From assembly GCA_013265495.1 (NCBI GenBank), contig MU061578.1, positions 1,683,308 to 1,747,307 of the forward strand: 64,000 bases of DNA. Reading direction: 5' to 3'. Numbering within the stretch: position 1 is the first letter of the stretch; each line of letters opens with the position of its first letter. The position numbers and the translations under genes were made by a program. The notes beneath the pieces are model-generated. The model was not told the origin of the DNA. It was given only the letters and a program-made list of their open reading frames with translations, and searched no databases. The stretch comes from Vicugna vicugna (Eukaryota). This document shows positions 11,337-23,993 of the stretch, piece by piece.

Positions 11337-13746
11337 TTATATTTCTGAAGACTGACTTGGCCTGCTAAGGAGTGGGTATTAGATATGAAATTTGGACTCG
11401 CTATGGGTGATAGTGATGACTTGAAAATATCATATAAACATTCATTGAACACCCTCTAATGAAAGGATCTGTGTGTGCACGCGCGCACACGTCCATGGGG
11501 GTGTGTATGCCCTGATCGATGGTGTGCTGAAATCACAGGGTCATCTTGTTGCAGGAAGTTTCACCAAGTTCCTGGGTATTTTGCCAATTGGGAAGAGAAT
11601 GGAAGACCCTGTCTTTATAGTCTCAGCGTGAGGATCGGGTATTTAAGAATAGTTGGCATGACTCAACAAGTTCTAGAAAATGTGCCAGAGCTCAGACTTT
11701 CAAGAGAGGCCCTCTCACCTTGTTCTTACCGGGGGAATGACGTCAACCACAGACAGTTCACACAAGACAAAATGAAGCACCATGCCAATCTGGGAATCCG
11801 GGGCGGTGGGGGTTTTCTATAAGAGACTTCCTGAGAAATGCTGAGCTCCCCCCTCGACCAAATGGCAGTAAGTGACCACTCAGGAAGCCCTTCTCCAAAC
11901 AGAGCTGGTCCAATGTGCTCACCCTCGCTGCGTCTTCTTGCCCGTCCCCTCTGTAATCTAAGCAGGTGACAACTTCATTCAGTTCTTAGCAACAAGAGGA
12001 GGTATCGATTCCCTGAGAATGCCCTAATGGCTGGAGACTGGGACACAAACCATAAATGGAGACTTTCTGATTCCAAGTGAAATTATAGTTTGCCCTGCGA
12101 GATTGCACAATAAATCAGGGGGAAAACCAGCCAACACAGGACTCTGGGGTCACTGAAGTGATGTTGACACATTACAATAATGAGAACTTGAAATACCTCA
12201 TGCCCTATTGATTTTTAAGCTGAATCATTCCCACTGCAGAAGATTACAAGACTCTGTCTTGGAATCATGGCTCACACGGGAGATGCTGATGAAAAATACA
12301 CCCAATCCAATCAAAATGAAAAGCTTCACTTGTACTTATTACAAATCTAATACCATTGTCCCCAGGCTGCGTGAGAGGCACTTACCTACAGCGGGGGGAC
12401 AAGAATCACACTTTTTTCTTTTAATTAAAATTCTCCATACCTTCTCTTTTACACATGGCTCTTTGCTGTGACTCAACGGTACAAAGTACCCGAAGAAAAG
12501 AGACACAATGGCTCGATTAGCGCATAAAGGGGCAATTTCTTTATGCTTTTCTAATTCCAGGGTGGCTTTCAAGCTCCTTGCTTCACCATATCATTCTGAA
12601 GAATGGAAAATCATGTCCTAACAACCAAGTTATTTCCTAGTCAATAGGAAAAGATGCATTCCACCCGCATTTAGCAGCCACAGTAAACAAAGAATGCCTT
12701 GCCGATCTTTCCTTTTTCCCCCCCGAAAAGGGCTCCGTGGAGCTGAATAAACACAGTTGTGGGAGGCCAACTGGTGACATAAGTTAATTACTAACCTGTC
12801 ACACAGTCAGAGAATGGTAATAATTTATTTGCACTGTTGCATTAACCAGAAGTCGCTTTTTGCCGATGGAATGTGTTGGGGAGAAGGTTTTAGAACATCG
12901 CTGCTTGCCCTGCACCCTATAGAAGGTTGTGATGATATTTTATTTGGGGGACCAGATACAACCGTGCTGTTGCTTTTCCGATGCATACTGTTCCGGCTGT
13001 AACTCAGAAAAAAACTGCTCACGTTTCTCAGCTTTAGGGGAGAGGAGACTAGCAAGCAGGAATAACATGCTTTCCTCAACAGGACTCTGAAAACATTATC
13101 CAGTTATGAAAGATATAATTATTACTTAGGTTGGCCAGGATTTAATACATAATAAATATTCTGGCACAATCCAGGACGATCACACATTCTTTGAAAACAT
13201 TTACTGAGGTCCTCACATGGGCCAGGCATTGTGCGAGGGATTAATTATATATTGTTCACCTGTTCCCTGTCTTCACGAAGTTTATAACCTATCATTATAA
13301 TCTAATTGTTGAGATGAACTCCTGCAGGCAAAAAACTATGGATCTAAAAGGGCCTGATTATAGAAGAAACCCTCACGTCCTCCCAAGGGGGTGGACTGAA
13401 ATAAATGAATGGTATTTAGAAGCTAACTGGTCTTTCTTCGCTGTCAGACACCCTGATTGTTTTTCTTCAGTTAAATGGATCTGATGGTGCCTTGCTCTTT
13501 TTTTAAAATGTATATTCCTGCTCATAAATCTTCCTGAATTCTGCCATTTCATTAATTTTATCAACCCTGGAATAGCTAGGCAGAATTGGTCATCTGTTGA
13601 CACGGCTACAGTTGGGACCTAGGTTCTTATGTATGTCCTTCATCCATTTATCAATGTGACTGAAAGCAGGTGAGTGATTTAAGACACCTTTTCCACACGT
13701 GTTGGTAGAAAAGTAGATCCAAAATTGGTATAAAGGAGGCGGTCTG

Positions 13747-14009
13747 ATAGAAAACAAATGTATGGTTACCCAAGGGGAGAGGAGTCGGGAGGGATAAATT
13801 AGGATGTGGGATTTGCAGATACAAACTATTATAGACAAAATAGATACACAACAAGGTCCTACCGTAGAGCACAGGGAACTATACTCAATAGCTTGTAATA
13901 ACCTATAATGAAAAAGTATTATATGTATAGCTGGATCGCTATGCTGTACACCAGTAACTGACACAACATTGCACATCAACTCTACTTCAGTAAAAAGAAA
14001 AAAAAAAAA
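13747..14009 (+). mobile_element. Young L1 3' UTR with poly(A) and TSD
   Basis: atagaaaacaaatgtatggttacc...acttcagtaaaaagaaaa. TSD aaaggaggcggtctg (13732-13746) / aaaggaagcgtctg (14010-14023). Confidence 0.9.
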
Positions 14010-14319
14010 AAAGGAAGCGTCTGGGGGTGACCCCACCTGGTCTCATTCTGTTCTAGCCTCTCAAGAGCTGTTTTTATGTCCTTACACCAAGGTCCTTCTG
14101 CAAGCTGGAGAAGTCACCGACAACTTTCCAGAATTAAAAAGGAGGTGAGCACTGAACATGTAGACAGCCTGCCCAACGTTGACCTGCACATCCCAGCCAA
14201 CGTCACCCTTGAAAGACCTGGGCTGGAAGGCAATGAACAAGCCTCTCTTCTCTTACTAACGTCAGTGATAAAACAGAGTAGTTCCACGTGCTGTTGATGG
14301 ACTTTGTCCACCTGTGGCC

Positions 14320-14516
14320 AGATCCAGGGTCCAGCAGGTGTGAGCTGTGTGATCCTGGGTAAATTACTCGGACCGTTTCTGAAACTGCTCCCTCACCTGT
14401 AAATGAAGGCAACTGGGGCCCCTGCCACGGAGGATGCTTAGGAGGTTTAAATTAGCCGATCAATGCACAGCGCCTCCCACCGTGCATGTCAGATACAATA
14501 CTCAGTGCACTTTAGC
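14320..14516 (+). mobile_element. MIR SINE
   Basis: gagctgtgtgatcctgggtaaattactc...ccctcacctgtaaatg...gaggtttaaattag. Confidence 0.7.
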
Positions 14517-15729
14517 CGAGATGTTTTCCCCCAAGAGCACCAGGGCCTTCGCTCGGGGGCGTTTGCTTTGATTTTCCGAGCTCTGGGTTCAGCGAGGGGG
14601 CAACGCAGCGCAGGAACAAATTTTACATAACTCTGCCTACACGGATGTGTCAAGTGGGCAGCCAAAATTGATTCCCATCTGATAGTTTCTGGATTAGCAA
14701 GACCACAGCATGGGTATTAAAAGTTCGGCTCTGAGAAACAGTTCTAGCTGTTGAGAAACACAATTCCAGCAGCCCGCATGCCTGGTGCACAGCAGGCTCC
14801 CAATTCACTGCTGCAAAAGAATAACAAAAAGTCAAATGAAGCCCATGAAAAACACAGATGAAACAAAGTTCCGAAAATCAGAGCGTACCCGCTCTTCCCT
14901 TTCAAAGAGGCCTCTGCCACCACGTTCGTTGACAATCTAGTCTAAGTTGACAGGACAGAAATAAAAGATCGTGTGCCATTTTTAAATGCCAATTAATAAA
15001 TACCAGTGCCGGAGGCCATGCCTTCCACAAGCCCCTGGCCATCTTCTCCAAGACACCCCAGAGTAGCACCTATCCTTCTGGTTAACGTTTCGTAGACTCT
15101 TTCCCTAAACAGACGCCGGTTTTCATCTCCAACATTATGTCCTGTCACTGCAACAGATGGCTTTACACTGGAGCATATGAAAATATGAAATAGTTTATAA
15201 GCCTGGTGGAAACTATGAGATGCCTTCGGAAGATGAAGACCTCCGTGATTAACGTAAAGCGGCCGTGCAAGATTCTGTTAGAAACGAGCACCTTGAAGGT
15301 GCGTCGTGGACGAGACGCGGGGCCGTCAGTTCCACGTCTTCACGGGAGGGGGACCCACGTGGAGAGGCTCAGCTCCCCGTGAGACAGATCTGGGCCACGC
15401 GGAAAGGCAGAACACACTGCTTTTGAGAGCTGTGAGGCAGTGCCGCGTGTCACCAAGGGAGGGCTGTGGAATCTACTTCTTGGAGATCGAAAAGCCAGCA
15501 GAAAGCTCCGCCTGTCTCAGGTGGCCGACTAGAGGAAGCTTCAACCAGAGCGGTGACCGAAGGGGCAGTGAAGTCAGCCCGCTTATTGTTCTATAGATGC
15601 AGATCCATTTCCTGCTTCTTTTCAGAGCCGTATGGATAGATGTTTACCCGACCCAGTGAGTGTGGGCAGCTCAGCCAACCCAGCAGGTATGACCCACAGA
15701 TCTGGAAGTGAGCTTCAGATCGTCCGCAG

Positions 15730-15953
15730 GGTAAAGGGAGGGGCTTTGGAGCCAGAATGCCTATTTCTAAGTGCCGCTGGTTGTACTGACTTGGCAAGGG
15801 GCGTAAGCGCTTTGTGTCTGATTCCTCATCCATAAGTGGGGGTAACAGGAGCATGTACATCCCAAGGCTGCTGTGAGGACAAGTGAGTTAGCATCCACAA
15901 CAGGCTTAGGATACAGCCTGGCATATGGTGGGTGCGGCATACATGCTGCCTAG
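15730..15953 (+). mobile_element. MIR SINE
   Basis: gctttggagccagaatgcct...ttcctcatccataagtgggggtaac...gctgtgaggacaagtgagtta...cagcctggcatatggt. Confidence 0.78.
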
Positions 15954-16109
15954 TGTCTATATTTAGTACTGTGTTTGTGCAGAAATAAACACTACGATGT
16001 GGGTAAGGTTTTATATTTTTCCCTTGACTGACTGGTGTGCGACTGGCACTGACTTCCAATGGGTGCAACATATTAATGTTTCCCATGATGCATATGCATA
16101 AAAATCCCC

Positions 16110-17256
16110 GAAGCCCTCTCCCGGGCATTTATCCCAGGGAAGCAAAACTCATGCTCATACAAAATCCTGTCCACAAATGTTCACAGCAGCTTTATTTGTG
16201 ATAGCCACAAACAGCCCAGATGTCCTCCAATCAGTGAACAGTTCAACAGAACATGGCGCATACTACGTACTGTGAAATATTACTCAGCTGTGAAAAAGAA
16301 CAGAAGATGGAGAGATGCAGTAATTTAGATAAAACTCCAAGGAATTACAGTTCTAGAATTAACCAATCCCAAAGTGTTAAATGGTGGTGATTCCACTTAT
16401 AACGTATTTGAAGTGACAGAAGTTTAGAAATGGGGAATAGATTGGTGGTTGACAGAGATTAGGATTAAAGGATGCTGGTGGTGAGTGGAGGTGCATGTGG
16501 TTATAAAAGAGATTCTTGGCATCACGTTATCTACAAACAGTAACAGTTTTACTTCTTTTCCAATTTGGATTCCTCTTATTTCTTTTTCTTCTCTGATTGT
16601 CTTGGCCAGGACTTCCAAAACTATGCTGAATAAAAGTGGCAAGAGTGGGCGTCCTTGTCTTGTTCTGACTATGCTACAGAGCTACAGTAATCAAAACAGT
16701 ATGGTACCGACACAAAAACAGACACATAGCTCAAAGGAACAGGACAGAAAGCTCAGAAATAAACCCACACACTTACAGCCAATTCATCTACAAGAAAGGA
16801 GTCAAGAATATACAATGGAGAAAAGACAGTCTCTTCGATAAGCGGTGCTGGGAAAATTGGACAGCTACCTGTAAAAGAATGAAATTAGTGCATTCTCTAA
16901 CACCATATACAAAACAAACTCAAAATGGATTAAAGATCTAAACATAAGACCAGATACTAAAAGAGATTCTTGAGATGGTCACGTTCAGTGTCTTATCTAT
17001 GGCAGTAGATCCGTGACTCTACACGTGTAATAAAGTTGTGTAGAATTAAATACATGCATACAAATGAGTGCGAGTCAATCTGGGGAAAGTCTGAGTAAGA
17101 TCAGTGGGTTGCAGCAATGATACGATGTGACACTATGGTTCTGCAAAATACAGCAATGGCAGGGAAACAGGATAAAGGCACCAGAGATCTCTCTGTATTA
17201 TTTCTTACGAGTGTGTGTGAATCTACAACTACCTCAACAAGAGTTTCTATTGAAAA
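16110..17256 (+). mobile_element. Old L1 (L1MD-like) 3' end, interrupted at 16519-16957
   Basis: gggcatttatcccagggaagcaaaac...cagctttatttgtgatagcc...; distal part gatctctctgtattatttcttac...tgtgaatctacaa. Confidence 0.82.
16519..16957 (+). mobile_element. Internal L1 ORF2 fragment, 5'-inverted, no 3' UTR or poly(A), perfect 15-bp TSD
   Basis: Minus part (~16519-16667) encodes the RT segment [38 protein letters not shown]. Plus part (~16668-16957) is more distal ORF2. TSD taaaagagattcttg at 16504-16518 and 16958-16972. Confidence 0.9.
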
Positions 17257-18310
17257 CAAAGCCGAAGCCTAAATGAAGATGAAAATTCAGAGTTCCCAAT
17301 ACATTGGGGTGACAGCCAATTTCTTTCCTGTGTTTTCCAGCATTAAGGAAACACTCCTCATCAAGAGATCCCTGGATCTCTGTAGACACATCATGAAACG
17401 ATTTAATAACTGTAAAGATTCTTTTTTTCTATTTAATGATGCATAGGTTACACCAGCCAGTTCCAGGTTTTGTGTATTCAGTCAGTACCTTGCAAGGAAC
17501 GGAGGTCTGCTGAGTGAAGTGCATGGGTTTCTGAACCAGTCTGAACAGCACCTGCCTTTCTCTGAAGTGTTTTATTATTCTGAGTCGGGCCCGCTGAATC
17601 TCCCAAGGTATGAAGTTCAGTTCAAGATAAAAATATTTTATCTGCCCTTACAGCAAATTGAAAGGCTATAGAAAGGGTTTTGTTATTGCAGTGTTTTCAT
17701 AAATATATAGTAAACATCTTTCACAGCGGGAAATTCAGCACAAAATACAATTTTCATACACAGCCATTCATGTGGCTGGCACAGGAAGATGAAATGACCC
17801 AGAGATGAATAAAAAAATAATAGTATACAACTTTTAGCAGCCCACAGTCCCTGTCAGGCACGCACAGCTGGGAGGATAAGGATCATGATTTTGCGGTACG
17901 GCCGATGAATGACAAGTGTCTGCAGCGTCAGGGGAATTTCATTTTCCTCTGTGGCCAAACCGTTATGCTTAACACCTAGCTTTATCATTTTCAGAAATTT
18001 TGCCAACAGCCAACCATCCCATTTCAGAGCACAAAATGACCCCCAACCTTAGCCAGGACATAATTTTCAATCAGCGATTTTTAGGTTTCTGGATCTCCTT
18101 GTAAGTCTATCATAAGCACATTTTCAAAACAATTTGGGTTGCCTGTGTCTAACACAGCAGAAATCTAAGCTGATCTCCATCAGCTCAAGGGTGGGGAGCT
18201 GATCATAGGTTGTTCACAAAAATCGAAGCTCTTTTTCTTTCCTAAATAAAGTATTTTTTAATATCAAAGTGGTGCATGTTTGTTGAAGATAAAATGGAAT
18301 AAAGGTGTAA

Positions 18311-18632
18311 TCTTATTTTGAACAGCTTCACTGAGGTATAATTGATATATCAAAAACAAACAAACAAACAAACCCTGCATGTTTCAGTGGACAATTTGAT
18401 GAGTTTGGACATATGCATCCACCCGTGATACCATCACCGTAGCCAAGGTAATAAACACATCCATCACGTCCAAAAGTCTCCTTGTGTCCTGTGTGGGTGC
18501 GTGGGTTTGCATGTGATAAGAACTCTTAACATGAGCTCTGTCTACCCTCTTAAATCCTTAAGTGCACACCACCATATTGCTAACTATGGGCAGACGATGG
18601 ATAGCAGGTCTCTAGAACTTACCTCTCATAAC
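18311..18632 (-). mobile_element. Old L1 (L1MB-like) 3' tip
   Basis: aacagcttcactgaggtataattgat...ttgatgagtttggacatatgcat...tagcaggtctctagaactta. Confidence 0.8.
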
Positions 18633-18879
18633 CTCAAGAGCAAAACTTTCATTTCTCCCCTGCTCCCTTCCCAGCCAAGCTCCGCAATAACCACAGAGGT
18701 CACCACCTCTTCTCAGTCCCTTAGTTACCTGTCGGCAATTTCACCACGTACAGAAAACGTCTGCCTGTGGCTGTCCATTTTCTAACAAAGTTTTCCTACC
18801 TCATTTCTGAAGTTTGCACTCTTTACTTGCAACACCACAGACGGCACTTCAGGTCGAGGAAGAGCCACTCCATTCCTTG

Positions 18880-19330
18880 AATGCTTCTTGGCACCCAACC
18901 CTGTATTGTTAGGGATCTAGTTTGCTCCAATTTTCCTTCCCACTGTACACAATGCTGCAGTCAACCAATTTGCATCTTTGCAAACTTGAGCAATTACATA
19001 AATCCTAGAGGTAGAAATGCTGGGCCAAAGGAGATGCACTGTGTTTTTAAATAAAAATTTCCAAATTGTCTTGCACTGGGGAATGTACCATTCTGCATTC
19101 TCTCCAACAGTGTACAGAATGCCTATTTCATCAAATGCATTGTTTGCCAATACAATATATGAAACATTTATATATACAGATGAAACATTTCACATATATA
19201 TATATATAATACATATGTATACATATATATACGCATGTATAGGTAAAAAATGAAAATATTTTCATGTAATTATTGGTGTTTATATTTACCTTTTTGGAAA
19301 CTATACACATGCTCCTTGCCAATTTGCCTT
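18880..19330 (-). mobile_element. Ancient L1 (L1ME-like) fragment
   Basis: ataaatcctagaggtagaaatgctgggccaaagg...ccaaattgtc...ccaacagtgtacagaatgccta. Confidence 0.65.
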
Positions 19331-19351
19331 CTGTGTCATTAGTCAGTGTAT

Positions 19352-19470
19352 TCACCTATCTATCCACTCTCCCACCCACCCATCCATCCATCCACCCATC
19401 CATTCAACCATCCACCTACCTACCCATCTATCCATCCACCCAACCACTTATCCATCTGTTCATCCACTTA
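19352..19470 (+). repeat. Degenerate (CATC/CCAT)n simple repeat
   Basis: Read directly from the sequence. Confidence 0.9.
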
Positions 19471-19619
19471 CATATTCTGTCAAGATTTAAGAAGGTTAGT
19501 TTTAATAAGAGGACCACAAGGACTTCCTAGGGCTAACCAAATCTGATCTATGTCAGATTCATTTTTCACCAATGTTAGAGCAAAGATTCTTATGGCTCTG
19601 AGTCAAAAAGAGGCAGGAA

Positions 19620-19845
19620 ACAGTTTTTGAAGTCATAAAGTTCCAAATTTGATTACCAATCCTTCTACTCACTAGCAGTGGCTAACCCTAGAAAAATCTT
19701 CTTGAGCCTCAGTCTCCATGCACGAAAAATGGGTATAATTAGAGTATCTGCCTCATCAAATTGCTGGATATGAACTCAATAATGTATTTTCAGAGGTCAA
19801 CACAATGTGTGGCTCCCATCAACACTCAATAGATTCAGTATTAAT
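19620..19845 (+). mobile_element. MIR SINE
   Basis: ctactcactagcagtg...tgagcctcagtctcc...aaaatgggtataatt. Confidence 0.65.
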
Positions 19846-21630
19846 GGTAACAATGTATAATTCTATATATTGAGCTGTTTCCTAATACATTACAACAAAA
19901 CCTGGTTTCTTTGACTAGCAGCAGCAGAAGTTCAAGCCTGAAGCCCTTACAACACTGATGAACCTCTATACTTTAAGCTCTCTGGGCAAACTCTATAATA
20001 GGGATTCAGCAGATACCCACTTTCCCCTTGCTGGATGCCCTCTAAGTGACATGCAAAGCTTGTCCCTGGTTGTCTTTATTTTTAAAAGCAGATTCACATT
20101 AAATGTGGAAATATGTTAGAAACCAGTTCTACTGGATATGGAATGAAAATGGCCACTTTAAGCCCAATTTCCTAGTGTTTCCTTCTGTTAGTCACACAAG
20201 GTACATGTATTTGAGCACCACAGACTGACAGACAGCACATTAGACCCTCCTCTCATGGTCTTAGCTATGTGAGTTTATTCCCATTTCTTTACTGTTGAGC
20301 AACAGATTCTAGTTTAATTTTAAATTACTTCCTGAATCAACACTTCGATGGAATAGGTATTCCACAAAAGCCAATTCGATGAACTGTACTAAAACAGGAA
20401 ATGTGACAATAATGGAGCCACCCAGAGCCTTTTGACAGTTCTGAAATGGGATTCACTCCTCACTTTCTATGTGTCAATGTGAGCTCCTTGGGCCCGAAAT
20501 AGATGGGAAGAACTGTGATGGTTTCCACCCCCAGCTCAGTTCCTGGAATATTCTGGGGCTGCGGAAGGGCTGCTCAAGGGCCTTGGCATTGCTGGATGGC
20601 CAGACCAAAGCTGTTTAAGAGAGGTGACCTTTCCTCCTCCATATCCAGAAACCTGTGCCTTGCCTCAGGGAAAATGCAGTACATTCCTGTGGCTCGGCAT
20701 CTTCAAGCTTTTGAGGGGCAAAGCATGGTGAGCTGTGGACCAACCCTCGAGCCATGGAAAGTTTGGGTCAGAAGGCAGAGGTGTCTGTCAGATCAGTGGA
20801 TCCCACCGCCACAACCTCCCCTTCCTCCAACATTTTTGCATACAAGATGTAAGATGCTTCCTTTTAAAGGTCAGACCCATTCATGCCCTTGACAAGAAAC
20901 GTTTTAATAGATAAATTCCTCCATCCATATATTCTCTTATTCAACTGAAGCTGGTTGAAATTCTCTCCCCTCATCTTGGTTTTCTGAACCATCTGTGTAG
21001 CCACGTTTAATTACAGACCTGCAAGTTTGTTTCTTCTTCTAATGCAGAATAAAGTGTGTCAAATTGGCACTTCTATTTAAACACCTACTCAAATTGTTTT
21101 TCTCTTCATAGGTTTTACTACATGCTAGAAATTCAACAGAGAAAGAGACAAGAGAGGTCATTCTCATGGTCTAAATGAAGAAAGGTAGACTGGCTTTTGC
21201 AAGATCAGGTTGGGAATCGAAAGACCTACATCTACCATATCCCATGTGGTATGGACCACACTGGACTCCCAGGAAAATTTTAAAGTGCCAGGAAACCAAA
21301 GGGTTAAGTTTCTTGAAGAGCTCATCCATTCTGTAAACTGTGCCTTTGTGAATGCACCTGCCTTCCTTTGGTGGTGCCTATTGTCGGAGGTGGTCACAGA
21401 AAGATAACCATCAGTCCTACTGACCGTGGTGAACCTCACGTTCAGGAGTATTTCAATAGCGGAAAAGAAAGCCGTGGCCATGATCTCTCACTCTCGCTCA
21501 GAAATGTTGAAGTCAGTTTTCTTAACCAACTACTCCAGAGTGAAACCAGAAATGCCTTTTATTTAAAACTCAGATGAAGACGCTGCCTAAACATCTATGC
21601 TTCTGCACGGTTAGAAACTCAAATGACTAA

Positions 21631-21880
21631 AGAGCGTGGCAGAGTGGTTAGGAGCAGAGACGGTGGAGTTTAAAGCCCGCCACTGCCACCTAGAAGCTGT
21701 GTGACCTTGGGCGAATTACTCAACCTCTCTGGGCCTTGGTTCTCTCCTCTGTAAAAAGTAGATAGTAACAATATCAACCACGTAGGCTTGTCTTCAGAAT
21801 CAAATGAATTACTATTTTAAAGCATTTACAACAGTACTTGGCACATATAAAACACTATTTAAGTGTTTATTAAATAAATA
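21631..21880 (+). mobile_element. Near full-length MIR SINE
   Basis: gcgtggcagagtggttaggagca...gctgtgtgaccttgggcgaattactcaacctctctgggcct...cagtacttggcacata. Confidence 0.88.
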
Positions 21881-22331
21881 AGCAAATAAATTCATGTCCC
21901 AAACCTTTCAAGATAAAGAGAAAATAATGGTGCTTAAAGACCGAGGGGGAGAAAGGAAGGTTCTTAGAATTACTGTTGCATGACTCATTTAGTGATGGTG
22001 CATTTCTCTTCTCTTGACAACGGTACCACAGAAAGAAATCTCATTTTAGAGCAGTTTTCGGAGGCAACCCTGAGCACATCAGGGAAAAGCAGGCACTTCA
22101 ATCACAGTGACCCATGTCATATTTATAAGGCAAGATGCTCAGAGCAGGCGGCAGTAAAATTTTAAAGTCAAATTGTAAGAAAATACGGACCTTCGGATTT
22201 TGCATCATGAGCCTATTCACAGTATCCAACTGGAGATTCAAAAAGTTTAAGAGCTGAGATTCATTTCTCCACTCTCTTGAAAAATCTGGCCGAGTACAAA
22301 GTAGTCATAGCATCACTGATATTGCCTAGGG

Positions 22332-22561
22332 CAGAATTTCTCAACCTCAGCACCACTGGGCCAGGTAATTCTTCGTCGTTTTAGGGGAGGGACTGTCCTG
22401 GGCATCCTAGGATGTTGAGCTGCATTCCTGGTCTCCACACAGTAGATGCTAGGAACAGCCCTCGCCCAAATGTGACAACCAAAAATCTCTCCAATATGTT
22501 GCCAAACACTGTCCTTGGAGGGGAAGGGAGTGAGCAAATTACTCCTGGTTGAGAACCACCG
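22332..22561 (-). mobile_element. MER20 (hAT-Charlie DNA transposon)
   Basis: Ends cagaatttctcaacc and ggttgagaaccaccg; internal tgtgacaaccaaaaatctctcca...ttgccaaa. Confidence 0.88.
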
Positions 22562-23959
22562 ACTAAGGGCATTGGCTGAGTATCCATTTTGTGTATCTTC
22601 CTGAAGTCAGATTAGCACATGTCAGTGGTGTCTGGGTACACTGAAGCCAGAAAATCCTGGACATGAATTGCACATTCGAATTATAAACAGTCTTAGAAGG
22701 TTGCTTCCCTGTCTCTACATGAGGCATGGCGATACCTATCTTGCAGAGGGGTGGTCAGCACCAGAGAAACTATGGTGGAACTCCCATATGGTGGAACGCC
22801 TGGCGCGCGGAGGCAGCGAGGACCCGGGCAGGAAGGAGCGCTGCTGTGCCACTGTCCCTGCTGCTGCTGATGCCCTGTCACAGCATCCTCCTCCTCCTCA
22901 GTCTAATAAAAATGGAAGGCCTCTACTGATACACACAAATAAAGACAATAGAGGCAACTGGTACTTTCATCTCAACAGCAAACCGGCAACTGGATTTCTC
23001 CACCAGCAGAGATTTCAATTAAACAACAAAGAAATACATCGGGCAGCAAAGGCAGACACAGATTTCTCCTGAAGAAGAAAAGAAAGGCTGATGGAGGCCT
23101 TCCTACTAGCTGCTCTTCACTGGTCCTCTTTCCAAAGCCAACATCGGTCACAGAGGGCACCTGACCCACTAGTCTGTTGCTGCTTTTTCTGGGTTGGATT
23201 CAAAGTGTGAGGGAAACACTGCTTCCTGATGTCTGGTCGACGCTCTTTGTGTGACCAAGGTCTATCAAACCAATCTAGAAAACTGAGCCAACTAACCAGT
23301 ACCTGCAGTAAATTGTGCCTACTAACCACTCTGTAAGTGAAAAAAACCCATTTGAAAGAATAGTGAGCTTTGGCTAATCAGATGAACAAGAATCCAGAAT
23401 TCCAAACTTCACGTCTAGGAAAGTAGAGAAAAAGTAATAAATGTGCCCACCATTGCATTAAGAAAAGAAAAAAATCTCTCTACCAGCCTTAGCAGGTGGA
23501 TACACTGTTTCTGCTACAATTATATCACTTCTCAAAAAGTCTCCTCTGGCCCTCCTGATGTTTGAACTAGTTGAAAGATTATTCAGCACCGATGAATGCT
23601 GGGGAACTAACAGTTCTTCTTGCTTTTCCTTTAAACCCAATGGAAATTTCACAAGAACTTGCACATACAAAATTGTGTTAAGAATATCCAATTGATCCTA
23701 TTTACATTCGCTACATCAAAGTAGTCAGACATCACAGGCAAATGTGAAATGGGGACCTTCCCACACCCCATAGGTTATGCAAACACCTAACCAGAAAGAA
23801 TACTTTGAAATTTTTATGGAGCAGGAAAAATTGGAAGTGTATTAATCCAGGCAGTGAAATTGGGCTTTTTGTCATTTTTAATTGCTTGAATTCATAACCT
23901 AGTTTTGCTGAATCAAAAACGAGTTGCTACAGCTGACACAAGCTGTTTCAGCCTTTTGG

Positions 23960-23993
23960 GCACATGCGTGCACACACACACACACACACACGC
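23960..23993 (+). repeat. (CA)n / alternating purine-pyrimidine tract
   Basis: gcacatgcgtg(ca)10cgc. Confidence 0.9.
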
